A DNA stretch of 64,000 nt from Nitrospirota bacterium (lineage in GTDB: Bacteria; Nitrospirota; Thermodesulfovibrionia; Thermodesulfovibrionales; JdFR-86), in NCBI GenBank assembly GCA_963721805.1, contig CAVRJY010000001.1, positions 544,001-608,000 on the forward strand. Direction: 5' to 3'. Positions 51,613-61,158 of this stretch are shown here, one piece after another. Under the pieces are notes generated by a model. It was given only the letters and a program-made list of their open reading frames with translations. It did not search any database and had not been told where the DNA came from. Both the position numbers and the translations under genes were made by a program. How positions within the stretch are numbered: position 1 is the stretch's first letter; each line of letters begins with the position of its first letter.

Positions 51613-52566
51613 TCACTTGGCGTGCTGCCGCCACCACCTCTGATTGTCCACATACCACCTGACCGTGCGCTCGATGCCCTGCTCGAACGTTACGGACGCA
51701 CGCCAGCCGGTCTCGGCCTTCGCCTTTGAGGCGTCGAGGCTGTAACGGAAGTCGTGGCCCGGCCTGTCGCCGACGAACTCGATCAGGGACTCCGGCTTAT
51801 CGAGCAGCGCAAGTATGGCCCTCACGACCTCGATGTTCCTGCGCTCCTCGCCGCTGCCGATGTTGTATGCCTCTCCGGCCCGGCCGCGCTCAAGTACGCT
51901 TAGGACGCCACGCGCGCAGTCCTCGACGTACAGCCACTCGCGCACGTTGAGGCCTGCCGCATAGACGGGGATCGGCTTGTTTGAGAGCGCCCTGTGTATG
52001 ACCACCGGGATGAGCTTCTCCGGATACTGCCACGGGCCGTAGTTATTCGACGGCCGGACGATTACGGCCGGGAGGCCGTACGTGTGGTGGTATGCCCTGA
52101 CGAACTGGTCCGCCGCAGCCTTGCTGGCCGAATAAGGGCTGCTCGGGTTGATGGCTGATGTCTCCTTGAAACTGCCGCGGCTGCCGAGAGCGCCATATAC
52201 CTCGTCGGTCGAGATATGCACGAAGCGGCTGACCCCGTGCCTGCGCGCCGCGTCGAGGAGCGTGAGCGTTCCGCGGACGTTCGAGCGCTCGAATGGGTAG
52301 GGGTTTTTGATCGAGTTGTCCACGTGGGACTCGGCCGCGAAGTGCACGACTGTATCGATGCCCTTTTTGAAGACCTCGGCCACGGCCCGCTTCGAGCATA
52401 TGTCGGCCTCGATAAACGTGATGGCCGCCATGCAGGACTTGAGCCGGGCGCGGTCACCGGCATACGTGAGCTTGTCGAGCACGAATATCTTTGTATCGCG
52501 GCCAAGAAGCATTCGCACGAAGTTCGCGCCTATGAACCCGGCCGCGCCGGTGACGAGCAGTTTCAT
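51613..52566 (-). CDS. rfbB: dTDP-glucose 4,6-dehydratase
   Basis: TGAAGFIG, FAAESHVD, ISTDEVYG, YSASK. Confidence 0.96.
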   Translation of the reverse strand: MKLLVTGAAGFIGANFVRMLLGRDTKIFVLDKLTYAGDRARLKSCMAAITFIEADICSKRAVAEVFKKGIDTVVHFAAESHVDNSIKNPYPFERSNVRGTLTLLDAARRHGVSRFVHISTDEVYGALGSRGSFKETSAINPSSPYSASKAAADQFVRAYHHTYGLPAVIVRPSNNYGPWQYPEKLIPVVIHRALSNKPIPVYAAGLNVREWLYVEDCARGVLSVLERGRAGEAYNIGSGEERRNIEVVRAILALLDKPESLIEFVGDRPGHDFRYSLDASKAKAETGWRASVTFEQGIERTVRWYVDNQRWWRQHAK

Positions 52567-53411
52567 CGCGATGCGGCCTCTCTGAGAAACCTCTCGGTCG
52601 CGTCCTGCCACGCGGGCATCGGGGTGCCGATTGCATGCTCAAGCGGAAAATTGTCGAGTACCGAGTACGCTGGCCGCCGTGCCGGGGTCGGAAACTCGGC
52701 GCTCTTGCCTCGCTCCAGAACGCCGTCCCAGCCGATGCACTTAAGTATGTGGGCCGTCCACTCATATCGGCTCGCCGAGCCGGAGTTGGTCATGTGATAA
52801 AGCCCGAAGTTGCCGGTGGCGACGAGCCTTAATGTCGCCTCTGCAAGGTCCACCGAGTATGAGGGGCTCGATACCTGATCGTCAGAGACGCGGAGCTTGC
52901 GGTTCGCGGCGGCCCAGCCGAGCACCTTTAGAGGGAACGAGAATTTCCCCTGCCCGAAGACCCAGCTCGTGCGTATGAGGAAGAACCTCTCGCAGTGGTC
53001 CCGAAGCAGGCGCTCGCCCAAGAGCTTGCTCTTGGCGTAGCGGTTGAGCGGGGAGGGCGTATCCGCTATGGTATAGGGACTTGACGCGTTGCCGTCGAAT
53101 ACGAAGTCCGTGCTGTAGTGCACTACCATGGCGTTTGCTTCGCGTGCGGCGTTTGCGAGATTTCTAACCCCGATAGCGTTGGCCATGTATGCTGTCTGCC
53201 AGTCCGCTTCCGCGCCGTCGACGTTGTTATATGCCGCGCAGTTGATGACCGCATCGGGCCGGATATGCCTGAAGCGGGCCGAGACGCTGGCGTAGTCAGC
53301 GATATTCAGATCAGCGCGTCCGGCGGCTATAACGTCGTGGCCGAGCGTGCCGCCATGCTTTACGATCTCGCGTCCGACCTGTCCCTCAGCGCCCGTGACC
53401 AGAAGCCTCAT
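52563..53411 (-). CDS. rfbD: dTDP-4-dehydrorhamnose reductase
   Basis: TGAEGQVG, STDFVFDG, YAKSK, RRPAYSVL. Confidence 0.95.
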   Translation of the reverse strand: MRLLVTGAEGQVGREIVKHGGTLGHDVIAAGRADLNIADYASVSARFRHIRPDAVINCAAYNNVDGAEADWQTAYMANAIGVRNLANAAREANAMVVHYSTDFVFDGNASSPYTIADTPSPLNRYAKSKLLGERLLRDHCERFFLIRTSWVFGQGKFSFPLKVLGWAAANRKLRVSDDQVSSPSYSVDLAEATLRLVATGNFGLYHMTNSGSASRYEWTAHILKCIGWDGVLERGKSAEFPTPARRPAYSVLDNFPLEHAIGTPMPAWQDATERFLREAASR

Positions 53412-53878
53412 GCGTCCACCTTATAGATCGTATCCGGATCGTTTTCGTAGCGTATCTCGTCGATGGGCTCTTTGCGGTCCCGGCCGGCAAACAGGCGGTT
53501 GGGGAAATTATGCACAGCGCCTTCGGCCTGGCCGATGTTTTTATATGCGTGCACCACGCCCGGCGGGATGACCACGGAACATGGATTGCGCTCCCCGCAG
53601 AGGCTGACCATGCGGTGGTTATAGGTTGCCGAGCCCTCCCGCCGGTCCCACAGTACGAGCCTGAACTCGGAGGACATGAATACGAAGCGGTCGGTCTGAT
53701 GCACGTGCTCGTGAGGGCCGCGCGCGGTGCCCGGCAGGGTCATCGAGACGTAGCCCATTACGGGCATAAGCGCCCCTGCCGTGTCCTCTCGGAATATCTC
53801 GGTCAGCCAGCCTCGCCCGTCGGTTATGAACTTAAGGGGGCTTATCACGACGCCCTCGATTGGTCCGTCTATAAACAT
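53408..53878 (-). CDS. rfbC: dTDP-4-dehydrorhamnose 3,5-epimerase
   Basis: DGRGWLTE, RGPHEH, IPPGVVHAY cupin motifs; operon context. Confidence 0.88.
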   Translation of the reverse strand: MFIDGPIEGVVISPLKFITDGRGWLTEIFREDTAGALMPVMGYVSMTLPGTARGPHEHVHQTDRFVFMSSEFRLVLWDRREGSATYNHRMVSLCGERNPCSVVIPPGVVHAYKNIGQAEGAVHNFPNRLFAGRDRKEPIDEIRYENDPDTIYKVDA

Positions 53879-53879
53879 C

Positions 53880-54947
53880 TTAGATCGTGACCTCCGAGTC
53901 GTCCCCTATATGCACGCGCAGGGCCTTGTTGGCGCCCTTGCCCCTGGAGATAGTGGATTTCTTGCCTACCAGGCTCTCTTCGAGGCGCTCTATGTCCGTG
54001 ACCTTCGAGCCGTCGAGTATCACCGAGAACTCGACCGAGGTGCGCTCCAGCAGGCAGTCGTCCCCTATGCTCGTATACGGGCCCACGAAGGTGTCGCGCA
54101 CGACCGTGCCCGAGCCTATGATGGCGGGGCCCCGGACCTCGCTGTTTTCAATCAGCGAGCCCGCGCCGATACAAACGCGCCCGAGCACCTTGCTGCCGGC
54201 GTCTATGCGGCCCTTGATGTCGGTGGTGAGCATCTCGTCGAGCACGACGCGGTTGGCCTCCAGCATATCGTCCTTCTTGCCGGTGTCGAGCCACCATGAA
54301 TCGAGGATGTGGCTTCGGACCTTCATGCCACTGGTGATCAGCTGCTGTATCGCGTCTGTGATCTCAAGCTCGCCGCGCGCGGAGGGCTTTATGTTGTCAA
54401 TGGCCTTGTGTATCGCAGCCGAGAACACGTAGACGCCTACGAGCGCCAGATTGGACGGCGGCTCGGCCGGCTTCTCTATAAGCCTCACCACCGCGCCCTG
54501 CGCGTCCACCTCGGCCACGCCGAAGCGCTGCGGCTCCGAGACGGCCTTAAGCAGTATCACGGCCTCGGTCGGCTCGGCCTCGAACTCCTCGACGAATCTT
54601 TTGATGCCCGATCCGATGAGGTTGTCGCCCAGGTACATCACGAACGGTGAGTCCCCGAGAAACGGCCGCGCGGTCTTTACGGCGTGCGCAAGCCCCATCG
54701 GGGCATCCTGCTCGATGAACGTGATCTTCGCGCCCCAGCGGCTTCCGTCTTGGAGCGCGGCGCGCACGTCAGCGCCGGTCTCGGGGGCGATGATTACGCC
54801 GATCTCGCTAATTCCTGCGGCCACTATCGCGTCGAGCACGTAGTGGATAATAGGCTTGTTGGCGACCGGGATGAGCTGCTTTGCGGTGGTGTGCGTGAGG
54901 GGCCTGAGCCTCGTGCCCCTGCCGCCGCTTAAAACAAGCGCTTTCAA
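53880..54947 (-). CDS. rfbA: Glucose-1-phosphate thymidylyltransferase (long form)
   Basis: TTG start after GGGAGG; LSGGRGTRLRPLT, KQLIPVANKP, PSARGELEITD, C-terminal hexapeptide repeats. Confidence 0.94.
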   Translation of the reverse strand: MKALVLSGGRGTRLRPLTHTTAKQLIPVANKPIIHYVLDAIVAAGISEIGVIIAPETGADVRAALQDGSRWGAKITFIEQDAPMGLAHAVKTARPFLGDSPFVMYLGDNLIGSGIKRFVEEFEAEPTEAVILLKAVSEPQRFGVAEVDAQGAVVRLIEKPAEPPSNLALVGVYVFSAAIHKAIDNIKPSARGELEITDAIQQLITSGMKVRSHILDSWWLDTGKKDDMLEANRVVLDEMLTTDIKGRIDAGSKVLGRVCIGAGSLIENSEVRGPAIIGSGTVVRDTFVGPYTSIGDDCLLERTSVEFSVILDGSKVTDIERLEESLVGKKSTISRGKGANKALRVHIGDDSEVTI

Positions 54948-55048
54948 CCGATCTGACCTCCCCGAAGAGTTTTCCGAAGTATAACACAGCACTATGGTGT
55001 ATGCAATATTATGAGGGCGGCAAATACAGCAAATACGCCGATTTACGC

Positions 55049-55510
55049 TTAGGCGAGCGTCCCCAGCAGGTCGGCCATGCAGAGGCCGAGCACCGGGTGA
55101 GTGGTCTCGGGCGCGATCTCTGCCATCGGGGCCAGTACGAATATGCGCTCGTGCATCCGGGGATGTGGGATGGTAAGCTCCGGCGTGTCGAGGACGAGGT
55201 CCCCATATAGCAGGATGTCGAGGTCGATCACGCGAGGGCCCCAGCGCTGCTCGGTGCAGCGGTCGCGGCCCATCTCAAGCTCTATGGCGCGCAGCGCAAC
55301 AAGGAGTTCGTGAGGCGAGAGCGAGGTCTCGAGCCCGCAGGCGGCGTTGATGAACCGCGGCTGGTCGGCCACGCCCCATGGCTCGGTCTCAAATAGCGAG
55401 GAGCTTGCGGTTATCAGCCCCGCGCGCTGGCCTAGAAGCTCGACCGCACGCCTGACGTTTTCCTCGCGGTCACCGAGGTTCGATCCTATCCCGATGTATG
55501 CGATGGGCAT
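55049..55510 (-). CDS. folK: HPPK (dihydropteridine pyrophosphokinase)
   Basis: AYIGIGSNLG, RWGPRVIDLDIL, IPHPRM.ER.FVL. Confidence 0.96.
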   Translation of the reverse strand: MPIAYIGIGSNLGDREENVRRAVELLGQRAGLITASSSLFETEPWGVADQPRFINAACGLETSLSPHELLVALRAIELEMGRDRCTEQRWGPRVIDLDILLYGDLVLDTPELTIPHPRMHERIFVLAPMAEIAPETTHPVLGLCMADLLGTLA

Positions 55511-55612
55511 ATGGAATAATAGCGCATAAAGGGATGGAATTAAAATTATAAAGCTCACCGTTCTTGAATACAGAGGATTTATACATAGTTTTTTGCTGAA
55601 TGAGGGGGTGAA

Positions 55613-56257
55613 TTATTGTTTTTTGTTTGCGAGGTTATTGTTTGCTTCTTTGATGAGTATCTTATCGAAATCTCTGGGTGTCAGCTTCTGTGATAGTTGT
55701 TCCTCGAATTCAAGCTTTTGAGCATACGCTTTTAAGAAAAATGTGGCGTATTGGGTATCAACTTTATTATTCAAATGATCCTTATATTCTTTGGGTACAG
55801 TGGAGATTAACTTGCTGAGTGCGCTAACGGCACGAGAATCATAAATGAAGAATAAGTTGGGACAATGGAAATGTAAATATTTTGAGCTTAACGATCTATT
55901 GTGGTGCCCCGTCAGGCTATAAAATAAATCACACAAATACTTATGAATGAGCAATATATTATCTATCGATTCATCGGACAAGCTTGTTCTTATAATCGCT
56001 TTGAGACGAATATCGAGTTCAGATTTTCTGATAGAAGACGCCACTTTATATGTATAGAAATCATCATTGTTATATTTATCTTTGATTTTTCTTCTTTCAA
56101 TGGCTGCGGCGTATGCTCGCCCAATCAGCCAAACCTTCGCTATAATTATATCGTCTTTTTTGTGATAGGGATATTTTGAGCAGAGATCATACAAGACATT
56201 GTTGCCAAAATCCCATTCTTTTTCCTGAATGGCTTTTAAAATCATTTCATTCTGCAT
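55613..56257 (-). CDS. AT-rich hypothetical protein, possible HhH-GPD-like fold
   Basis: Intact 214-aa ORF with sharply lower GC than its flanks; SLSSKYLHFHCPNLFFIYDSRA motif. Confidence 0.7.
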   Translation of the reverse strand: MQNEMILKAIQEKEWDFGNNVLYDLCSKYPYHKKDDIIIAKVWLIGRAYAAAIERRKIKDKYNNDDFYTYKVASSIRKSELDIRLKAIIRTSLSDESIDNILLIHKYLCDLFYSLTGHHNRSLSSKYLHFHCPNLFFIYDSRAVSALSKLISTVPKEYKDHLNNKVDTQYATFFLKAYAQKLEFEEQLSQKLTPRDFDKILIKEANNNLANKKQ

Positions 56258-56399
56258 GAGAGATTCTAATCATCTATTATGAGCCTGTCAATCTTGAAAA
56301 TGCGTAACCGTAGGCTGCCTGTTTCGGAATCATTTGATCGCGCACGAACTGGTAAGCCGCCGCATTGAAAATCAAAGCTAACGACTGAAGCGGCTTCGG

Positions 56400-56800
56400 G
56401 GAATGGATACCCGTTGACCTGTCCGAGCCATGGATGGCGAGTTGTCAACGGGTCGAAGGCCGCGAAGGTAGTGAGCGTCCCGAAGGGTTGATTTTTTTAA
56501 GCGGCGAGTTTTTATCCAACTTTTGGCGGCCCAAAAGTTGGCGCGGGTGTGGGAGCGCGCAGCTCCCACGGTTCTGAATTCATTTAGCGTTTTTACTGAA
56601 GAGGTTTAATCTAAGCGGGATGCTATGCGCTCCCGCGCCCAGCAGGAGGAGCCCTTTGCTGGCCCAAAGGGCTCCTGCCTTCTCAAAAGGGCCTGAAAGT
56701 ATGAAGGCATGCAATAGCCATCTTGAACGCCAGCGGGCCGAGAGAACCAAATATATCTATCATGAAACTCACGCGGACATGGGAGCGCGCAGTGCCCATG
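56400..56800. repeat. Cluster of REP-like palindromes
   Basis: Hairpins at 56409-56453 and 56516-56541; three copies of a GGGAGCGCGCAGCTCCC-like unit at 56545-56569 (+), 56615-56640 (-), 56775-56800 (+). Confidence 0.65.
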
Positions 56801-56814
56801 ACAAGCGCTATAAA

Positions 56815-56853
56815 TAAAAAACGGAGACGGAGAGGTCTCCCTCTCCGCCTCCG
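56815..56853 (-). terminator. Terminator downstream of dapL
   Basis: Minus strand CGGAGGCGGAGAG-loop-CTCTCCGTCTCCG followed by TTTTT. Confidence 0.8.
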
Positions 56854-56866
56854 CGACAGGTACTAA

Positions 56867-58027
56867 TTAAAGCGAGTTTTTGATCCGCTCGGCTGCCTCT
56901 TTGATCCGGGCCACCGGGACGGTGAGCGCGAAGCGGACATAGCCCTCGCCGGGGTCGCCGAAGCCGTTGCCGGGCGTGATCAGGACCCCGGCCTTCTCGA
57001 GCACGTGCGTGGCGAAGGTCGAGGAGTCGAAGCCCTTGGGGACGCGGGCCCAGAGGTAAAAAGTGGCCTCGGGCTTACGCATCGTCATCCCGGCCGAGAT
57101 AAGCCCTTCATAGAGCGCGTCGCGGCGGGCCTGATAGGTCGCGCGGATCTCGCCGAGCACGTCCTCGCCGGTGCCAAGCGCCACTATCGCGGCCTCCTGC
57201 ACGGCCTGAAACGCGCCGGAGTCGATGTTGGACTTTATCTTCGCGAGCCCTGCGATGATCTCGCGGTTGCCGACCGCATACCCAATGCGCCAGCCGGTCA
57301 TGTTGTAAGTCTTGCTAAGCGAGTGCATCTCGATGCCGACCTCCATCGCGCCCGGCACCTCGAGGAAACTCATCGGCCGCTTGCCGTCGAAATAAACCTC
57401 GGAATAAGCCGCATCGTGGCAAACGATGATGTCGTACTTCTTTGCCACCGCAATAGCCTCCTCGAAAAACCCGCGCCCTGCCGAGGCCGCGGTCGGGTTG
57501 TTGGGGTAATTGATCCACATGAGCCGCGCGCGCTTGAGTACGTCCTCGGGGATGGCCTTGAAGTCCGGGAGAAAATCGTTCTCATCCCGAAGCGGCATGA
57601 AGTGGCTCTCGCCGCCCGCGAACAGCGTGCCGATGTTATAGACCGGATAGCCCGGCGAGGGTACGAGCACGACGTCTCCCGGATTCACGAACGCCAGGGG
57701 CAGGTGTCCCACGCCTTCCTTGGACCCGATCAGCGAGACGACCTCGCCCTCTGCCCTGAGCGGCACGTTAAAGCGCCGCGCGTACCAGTCGGCCACGGCC
57801 TGCCTGAAGCTGAACATGCCGTTTGATGAGGGGTAGCGGTGGTGCTCCGGGTTCTCTACGGCCTTCTGCATCGCTTTTACGATATGCGCCGGGGTCGGGA
57901 TGTCCGGGTCCCCGATGCTAAGGTCTATGAGGTCCACGCCCCTGCCCAGCGCCTCGCGCTTCATCTCATCTATGCGCGCGAAAAGATACGGTGGGAGATG
58001 CTTAACCCTGTCTGCGAGTACCGGCAT
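56867..58027 (-). CDS. dapL: LL-diaminopimelate aminotransferase (class I/II PLP enzyme)
   Basis: [38 protein letters not shown]. Confidence 0.88.
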   Translation of the reverse strand: MPVLADRVKHLPPYLFARIDEMKREALGRGVDLIDLSIGDPDIPTPAHIVKAMQKAVENPEHHRYPSSNGMFSFRQAVADWYARRFNVPLRAEGEVVSLIGSKEGVGHLPLAFVNPGDVVLVPSPGYPVYNIGTLFAGGESHFMPLRDENDFLPDFKAIPEDVLKRARLMWINYPNNPTAASAGRGFFEEAIAVAKKYDIIVCHDAAYSEVYFDGKRPMSFLEVPGAMEVGIEMHSLSKTYNMTGWRIGYAVGNREIIAGLAKIKSNIDSGAFQAVQEAAIVALGTGEDVLGEIRATYQARRDALYEGLISAGMTMRKPEATFYLWARVPKGFDSSTFATHVLEKAGVLITPGNGFGDPGEGYVRFALTVPVARIKEAAERIKNSL

Positions 58028-58100
58028 GATTCCTCCTGAGGGGATTGATTCAAAAAAGGTATTTTACACGAAAACGCAGGCTGGACGCACGAGGCGCTAT

Positions 58101-58718
58101 TTAGCTTTTCGCGACAAAGTCTTTGAAGCCTTTGAGAATGGAAAGCCCCACGGCCTGGGACTTCTCTGGGTGAAACTGTGTGGCGAAGACGTTGTCCTTC
58201 CAGATCATCGAGGTAAACTCGATCCCGTAGTCCGTGGTTGTGGCGACTATCGAGGCGTCCTCGGGCGCGACATAATATGAGTGCACGAAATAGACGAACG
58301 AGCCGTCAGGTATCCCGGAGAGTATCGGGGCGGGACGCTTAATATTGATCGAGTTCCAGCCCATGTGCGGGACCTTGAGCCCCATGTTGTCGGGGAACCT
58401 CGGGACGTGGCCCTTGAAGACGTCGAGGCCCTGCGTGCTCCCGAACTCCTCGCTGTCGGTAAACAGTGCCTGAAGCCCGAGGCATATGCCCAGAAAAGGC
58501 TTGCCCTTGGCGATGTTGCCCTTGATCGCGTCTATGAGGCCGAGTTCTCCCAAGTGGCGCATGCAGTCCCCAAAAGCGCCCACGCCCGGAAGCACGATAG
58601 CCGCGGCGTCATCGAGCGCCTTTGGCGTCGAGACGACCCGTACCTCGGCCCCTACGCGCTGTAGCGCCTTCTCGACGCTGCGCAGGTTGCCCATCCCGTA
58701 ATCGACTATCGCTATCAT
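58101..58718 (-). CDS. hisH: Imidazole glycerol phosphate synthase glutaminase subunit
   Basis: [33 protein letters not shown]. Confidence 0.97.
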   Translation of the reverse strand: MIAIVDYGMGNLRSVEKALQRVGAEVRVVSTPKALDDAAAIVLPGVGAFGDCMRHLGELGLIDAIKGNIAKGKPFLGICLGLQALFTDSEEFGSTQGLDVFKGHVPRFPDNMGLKVPHMGWNSINIKRPAPILSGIPDGSFVYFVHSYYVAPEDASIVATTTDYGIEFTSMIWKDNVFATQFHPEKSQAVGLSILKGFKDFVAKS

Positions 58719-58742
58719 AAGATTTATTTTAACACGTTGGTT

Positions 58743-59645
58743 CTATTCGAAGAGGGCGTCGACGAACTCTTTAGGGTTGAAGTCCCTGAGATCGTCGATC
58801 TTCTCGCCGATCCCGATCAGACGCACCGGGATGCCGAGTTCCTTGCGGATCGCGAATACGATGCCGCCTTTGGCTGTCCCGTCGAGCTTGGTAAGCGCGA
58901 TGCCGGTTACCCCGGCGGCCTCATGGAAGAGCTCGGCCTGGCGCATCGCGTTTTGCCCGGTCGTCGCGTCCAGCACGAGCAGGACCTCCTGAGGGGCGTC
59001 CGGCATGGCCTTCGTTATGACGCGCCGGACCTTTCGGAGTTCCTCCATCAGAGAGGACTTCGTATGAAGCCTCCCGGCTGTGTCGATCAAGACGACGTCA
59101 GCGCCGCGAGCGCGTGCGGCCTCGACCGCGTCAAACGCTACAGCGGCCGGGTCCGAACCGCTTTGGTGCTTAACGATCTCGGCCCCCGAGCGCTTGGCCC
59201 ATATCTCGAGCTGCTCTATGGCGGCCGCTCGGAACGTATCCGCCGCGCCCAGGACGACCGAATGGCCCTCGGAGGCGAAGCGGCTCGCGAGCTTCCCTAT
59301 CGTGGTCGTCTTTCCGGTGCCGTTTACCCCGACCGTGAGGATCACAAAAGGCTTCTGGCCGAAGCTCACGAGCGGGTGCGCATTGCCGAGGATGCGGAGC
59401 ATCTCCTGCTTTATGGCCTCGCGGATGCCGCCTGTCCGGCGTATCTCGTCCTCGCGCTCGCGGATGTGCGAGACTATATCGGTGGTGGCCGCAACGCCTA
59501 CGTCCGAGGCCAGGAGGATCTCTTCGAGTTCCTCGAGGCTCGTCTCGTCGACCGCGAAGTCGGCCTTGAATATGGAGTCTATCCGGCTTGAGAGAGTCTG
59601 CCGGGTCTTTTTTAGCCCTTCTTTAAGCCTGTCGAAAAATCCCAT
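58743..59645 (-). CDS. ftsY: SRP receptor FtsY
   Basis: [42 protein letters not shown]. Confidence 0.97.
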   Translation of the reverse strand: MGFFDRLKEGLKKTRQTLSSRIDSIFKADFAVDETSLEELEEILLASDVGVAATTDIVSHIREREDEIRRTGGIREAIKQEMLRILGNAHPLVSFGQKPFVILTVGVNGTGKTTTIGKLASRFASEGHSVVLGAADTFRAAAIEQLEIWAKRSGAEIVKHQSGSDPAAVAFDAVEAARARGADVVLIDTAGRLHTKSSLMEELRKVRRVITKAMPDAPQEVLLVLDATTGQNAMRQAELFHEAAGVTGIALTKLDGTAKGGIVFAIRKELGIPVRLIGIGEKIDDLRDFNPKEFVDALFE

Positions 59646-59690
59646 CGCTGCGGTTGACCTCCGAATTTGCGCAATCACATATAATACATC

Positions 59691-61076
59691 ATGGGTATTG
59701 CCCAATTCCTCATGCCCCGCCTAAACGGGGCGGATATCGGGCGCGAGATGCCGCGCCTTCTTGCTCTGGTGCGCGAGGGCATAGCCGGGTTCATCGTATT
59801 CGGCGGAGAGCTCGGCGAGGTGCGCGAGGGCATACTGGAGTTACAGTCCGCGGCCCCGGTGCCGCTGATCATCGGCTCGGACCTCGAGCAGGGCCTTGGG
59901 CAGCAGCTCCGCGGCGGGACGGTCTTCCCTCCGGCGATGGCGGTGGCCCGAGCAGGAAAGCTCGAGCCGGGGCTCATGGACGCGGCGTTTGAGCAGATGG
60001 CGGACGAGGCCGCATATGCCGGGATCAATACGGTCTTCGCCCCGGTGCTCGATATAAACACCAACCCGCGCAACCCGATCATCTGCACGCGCGCCTTCGG
60101 CGAGGACGCCGAGACCGTCTCTGACGCCGCGCTCCGCATGATCCGCGCCTTCGGCTCTCGCGGCATCGCCGCGTGCGGCAAGCACTTCCCCGGCCACGGG
60201 GACACAGAGACCGACTCGCACATCGGGCTTCCGGTCATCAATAAAACGCTCGAAGATCTGGAGTCGGCCGAACTCGTGCCCTTCCGCCGCGCGACAGGCG
60301 TCCCGATGCTGATGCTCGCGCACCTGAGCGTCCCGGCGCTCGACCCCGAAGGCACGCCGGTCTCTCTTTCAAGGCGAGCGGTCGGTTATCTTAGGGACAA
60401 GATGGGATACCGGGGCATGCTGATTACGGACGCGATGAACATGGGCGGCATAGGCGGATACTCTCAGGCCGACGCCTCTCTGATGGCGCTGCGCGCCGGG
60501 GTGGACATCCTCCTGCACCCGGACGATCCGGAGCGGCTCATTAAGGAACTCTCACCGCATGACCCGGAGTTCGATGCCCGCAGGCTCGATGCGTTCAGAA
60601 GCTCGATAAGGCTTGCTGGGCCAGTTGCCGCGCCGTCTTTCGACCCCGCGCTCAGCCGGAGGATTACGGGGCTTGCGATCAGGCTCGAAGGCACGCCCGG
60701 GCGGATGGCCCGGCCCCATCTGGTCATATTCAACGACTCCGGCGAGCCGGAGAAGGGAGCCGCGTTCGCCGCGGCATTGGGCGAAACGCTGGGCGGGCTC
60801 GAGGTCACCCGGTATTCAGGCGATGGGACGCTAAGCGTGCCGCCGGACGCGGACGTGATAGCCGCGATATTCTCGCCCGTGAGGGCATGGAAGGGCGGAG
60901 AGTCCGGCTGGATAGGGCGCGAGCTAAGCGCGCTCGGCCTGATGATACGCGCGGTGGTCTCGTTCGGAAGCCCGTATATACTGTCAGACGCCCCCGAGGG
61001 TGCGGCGCGGCTATGCGCATATTGGGATTCGGACGAGGCACAATCGGCTGCCGCCCGCAGACTCATCGGGCGATAG
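59691..61076 (+). CDS. nagZ: GH3 beta-N-acetylhexosaminidase (NagZ-like)
   Basis: FAPVLD, KHFPGHGDTETDSH, ITDAMNM. Confidence 0.88.
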   Translation: MGIAQFLMPRLNGADIGREMPRLLALVREGIAGFIVFGGELGEVREGILELQSAAPVPLIIGSDLEQGLGQQLRGGTVFPPAMAVARAGKLEPGLMDAAFEQMADEAAYAGINTVFAPVLDINTNPRNPIICTRAFGEDAETVSDAALRMIRAFGSRGIAACGKHFPGHGDTETDSHIGLPVINKTLEDLESAELVPFRRATGVPMLMLAHLSVPALDPEGTPVSLSRRAVGYLRDKMGYRGMLITDAMNMGGIGGYSQADASLMALRAGVDILLHPDDPERLIKELSPHDPEFDARRLDAFRSSIRLAGPVAAPSFDPALSRRITGLAIRLEGTPGRMARPHLVIFNDSGEPEKGAAFAAALGETLGGLEVTRYSGDGTLSVPPDADVIAAIFSPVRAWKGGESGWIGRELSALGLMIRAVVSFGSPYILSDAPEGAARLCAYWDSDEAQSAAARRLIGR

Positions 61077-61158
61077 ATTATAGATATAGTTGGCAGAGAG
61101 ACAGGGGCTTAGCCGCACCCCCGGTGGCGCACGCCGCTGCGAATCGTTATAATAACGC

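Noticed and set aside
56620..56817. Short ORFs within the palindrome cluster
   Set aside because: No RBS or coding signature; explained by the repeat sequence
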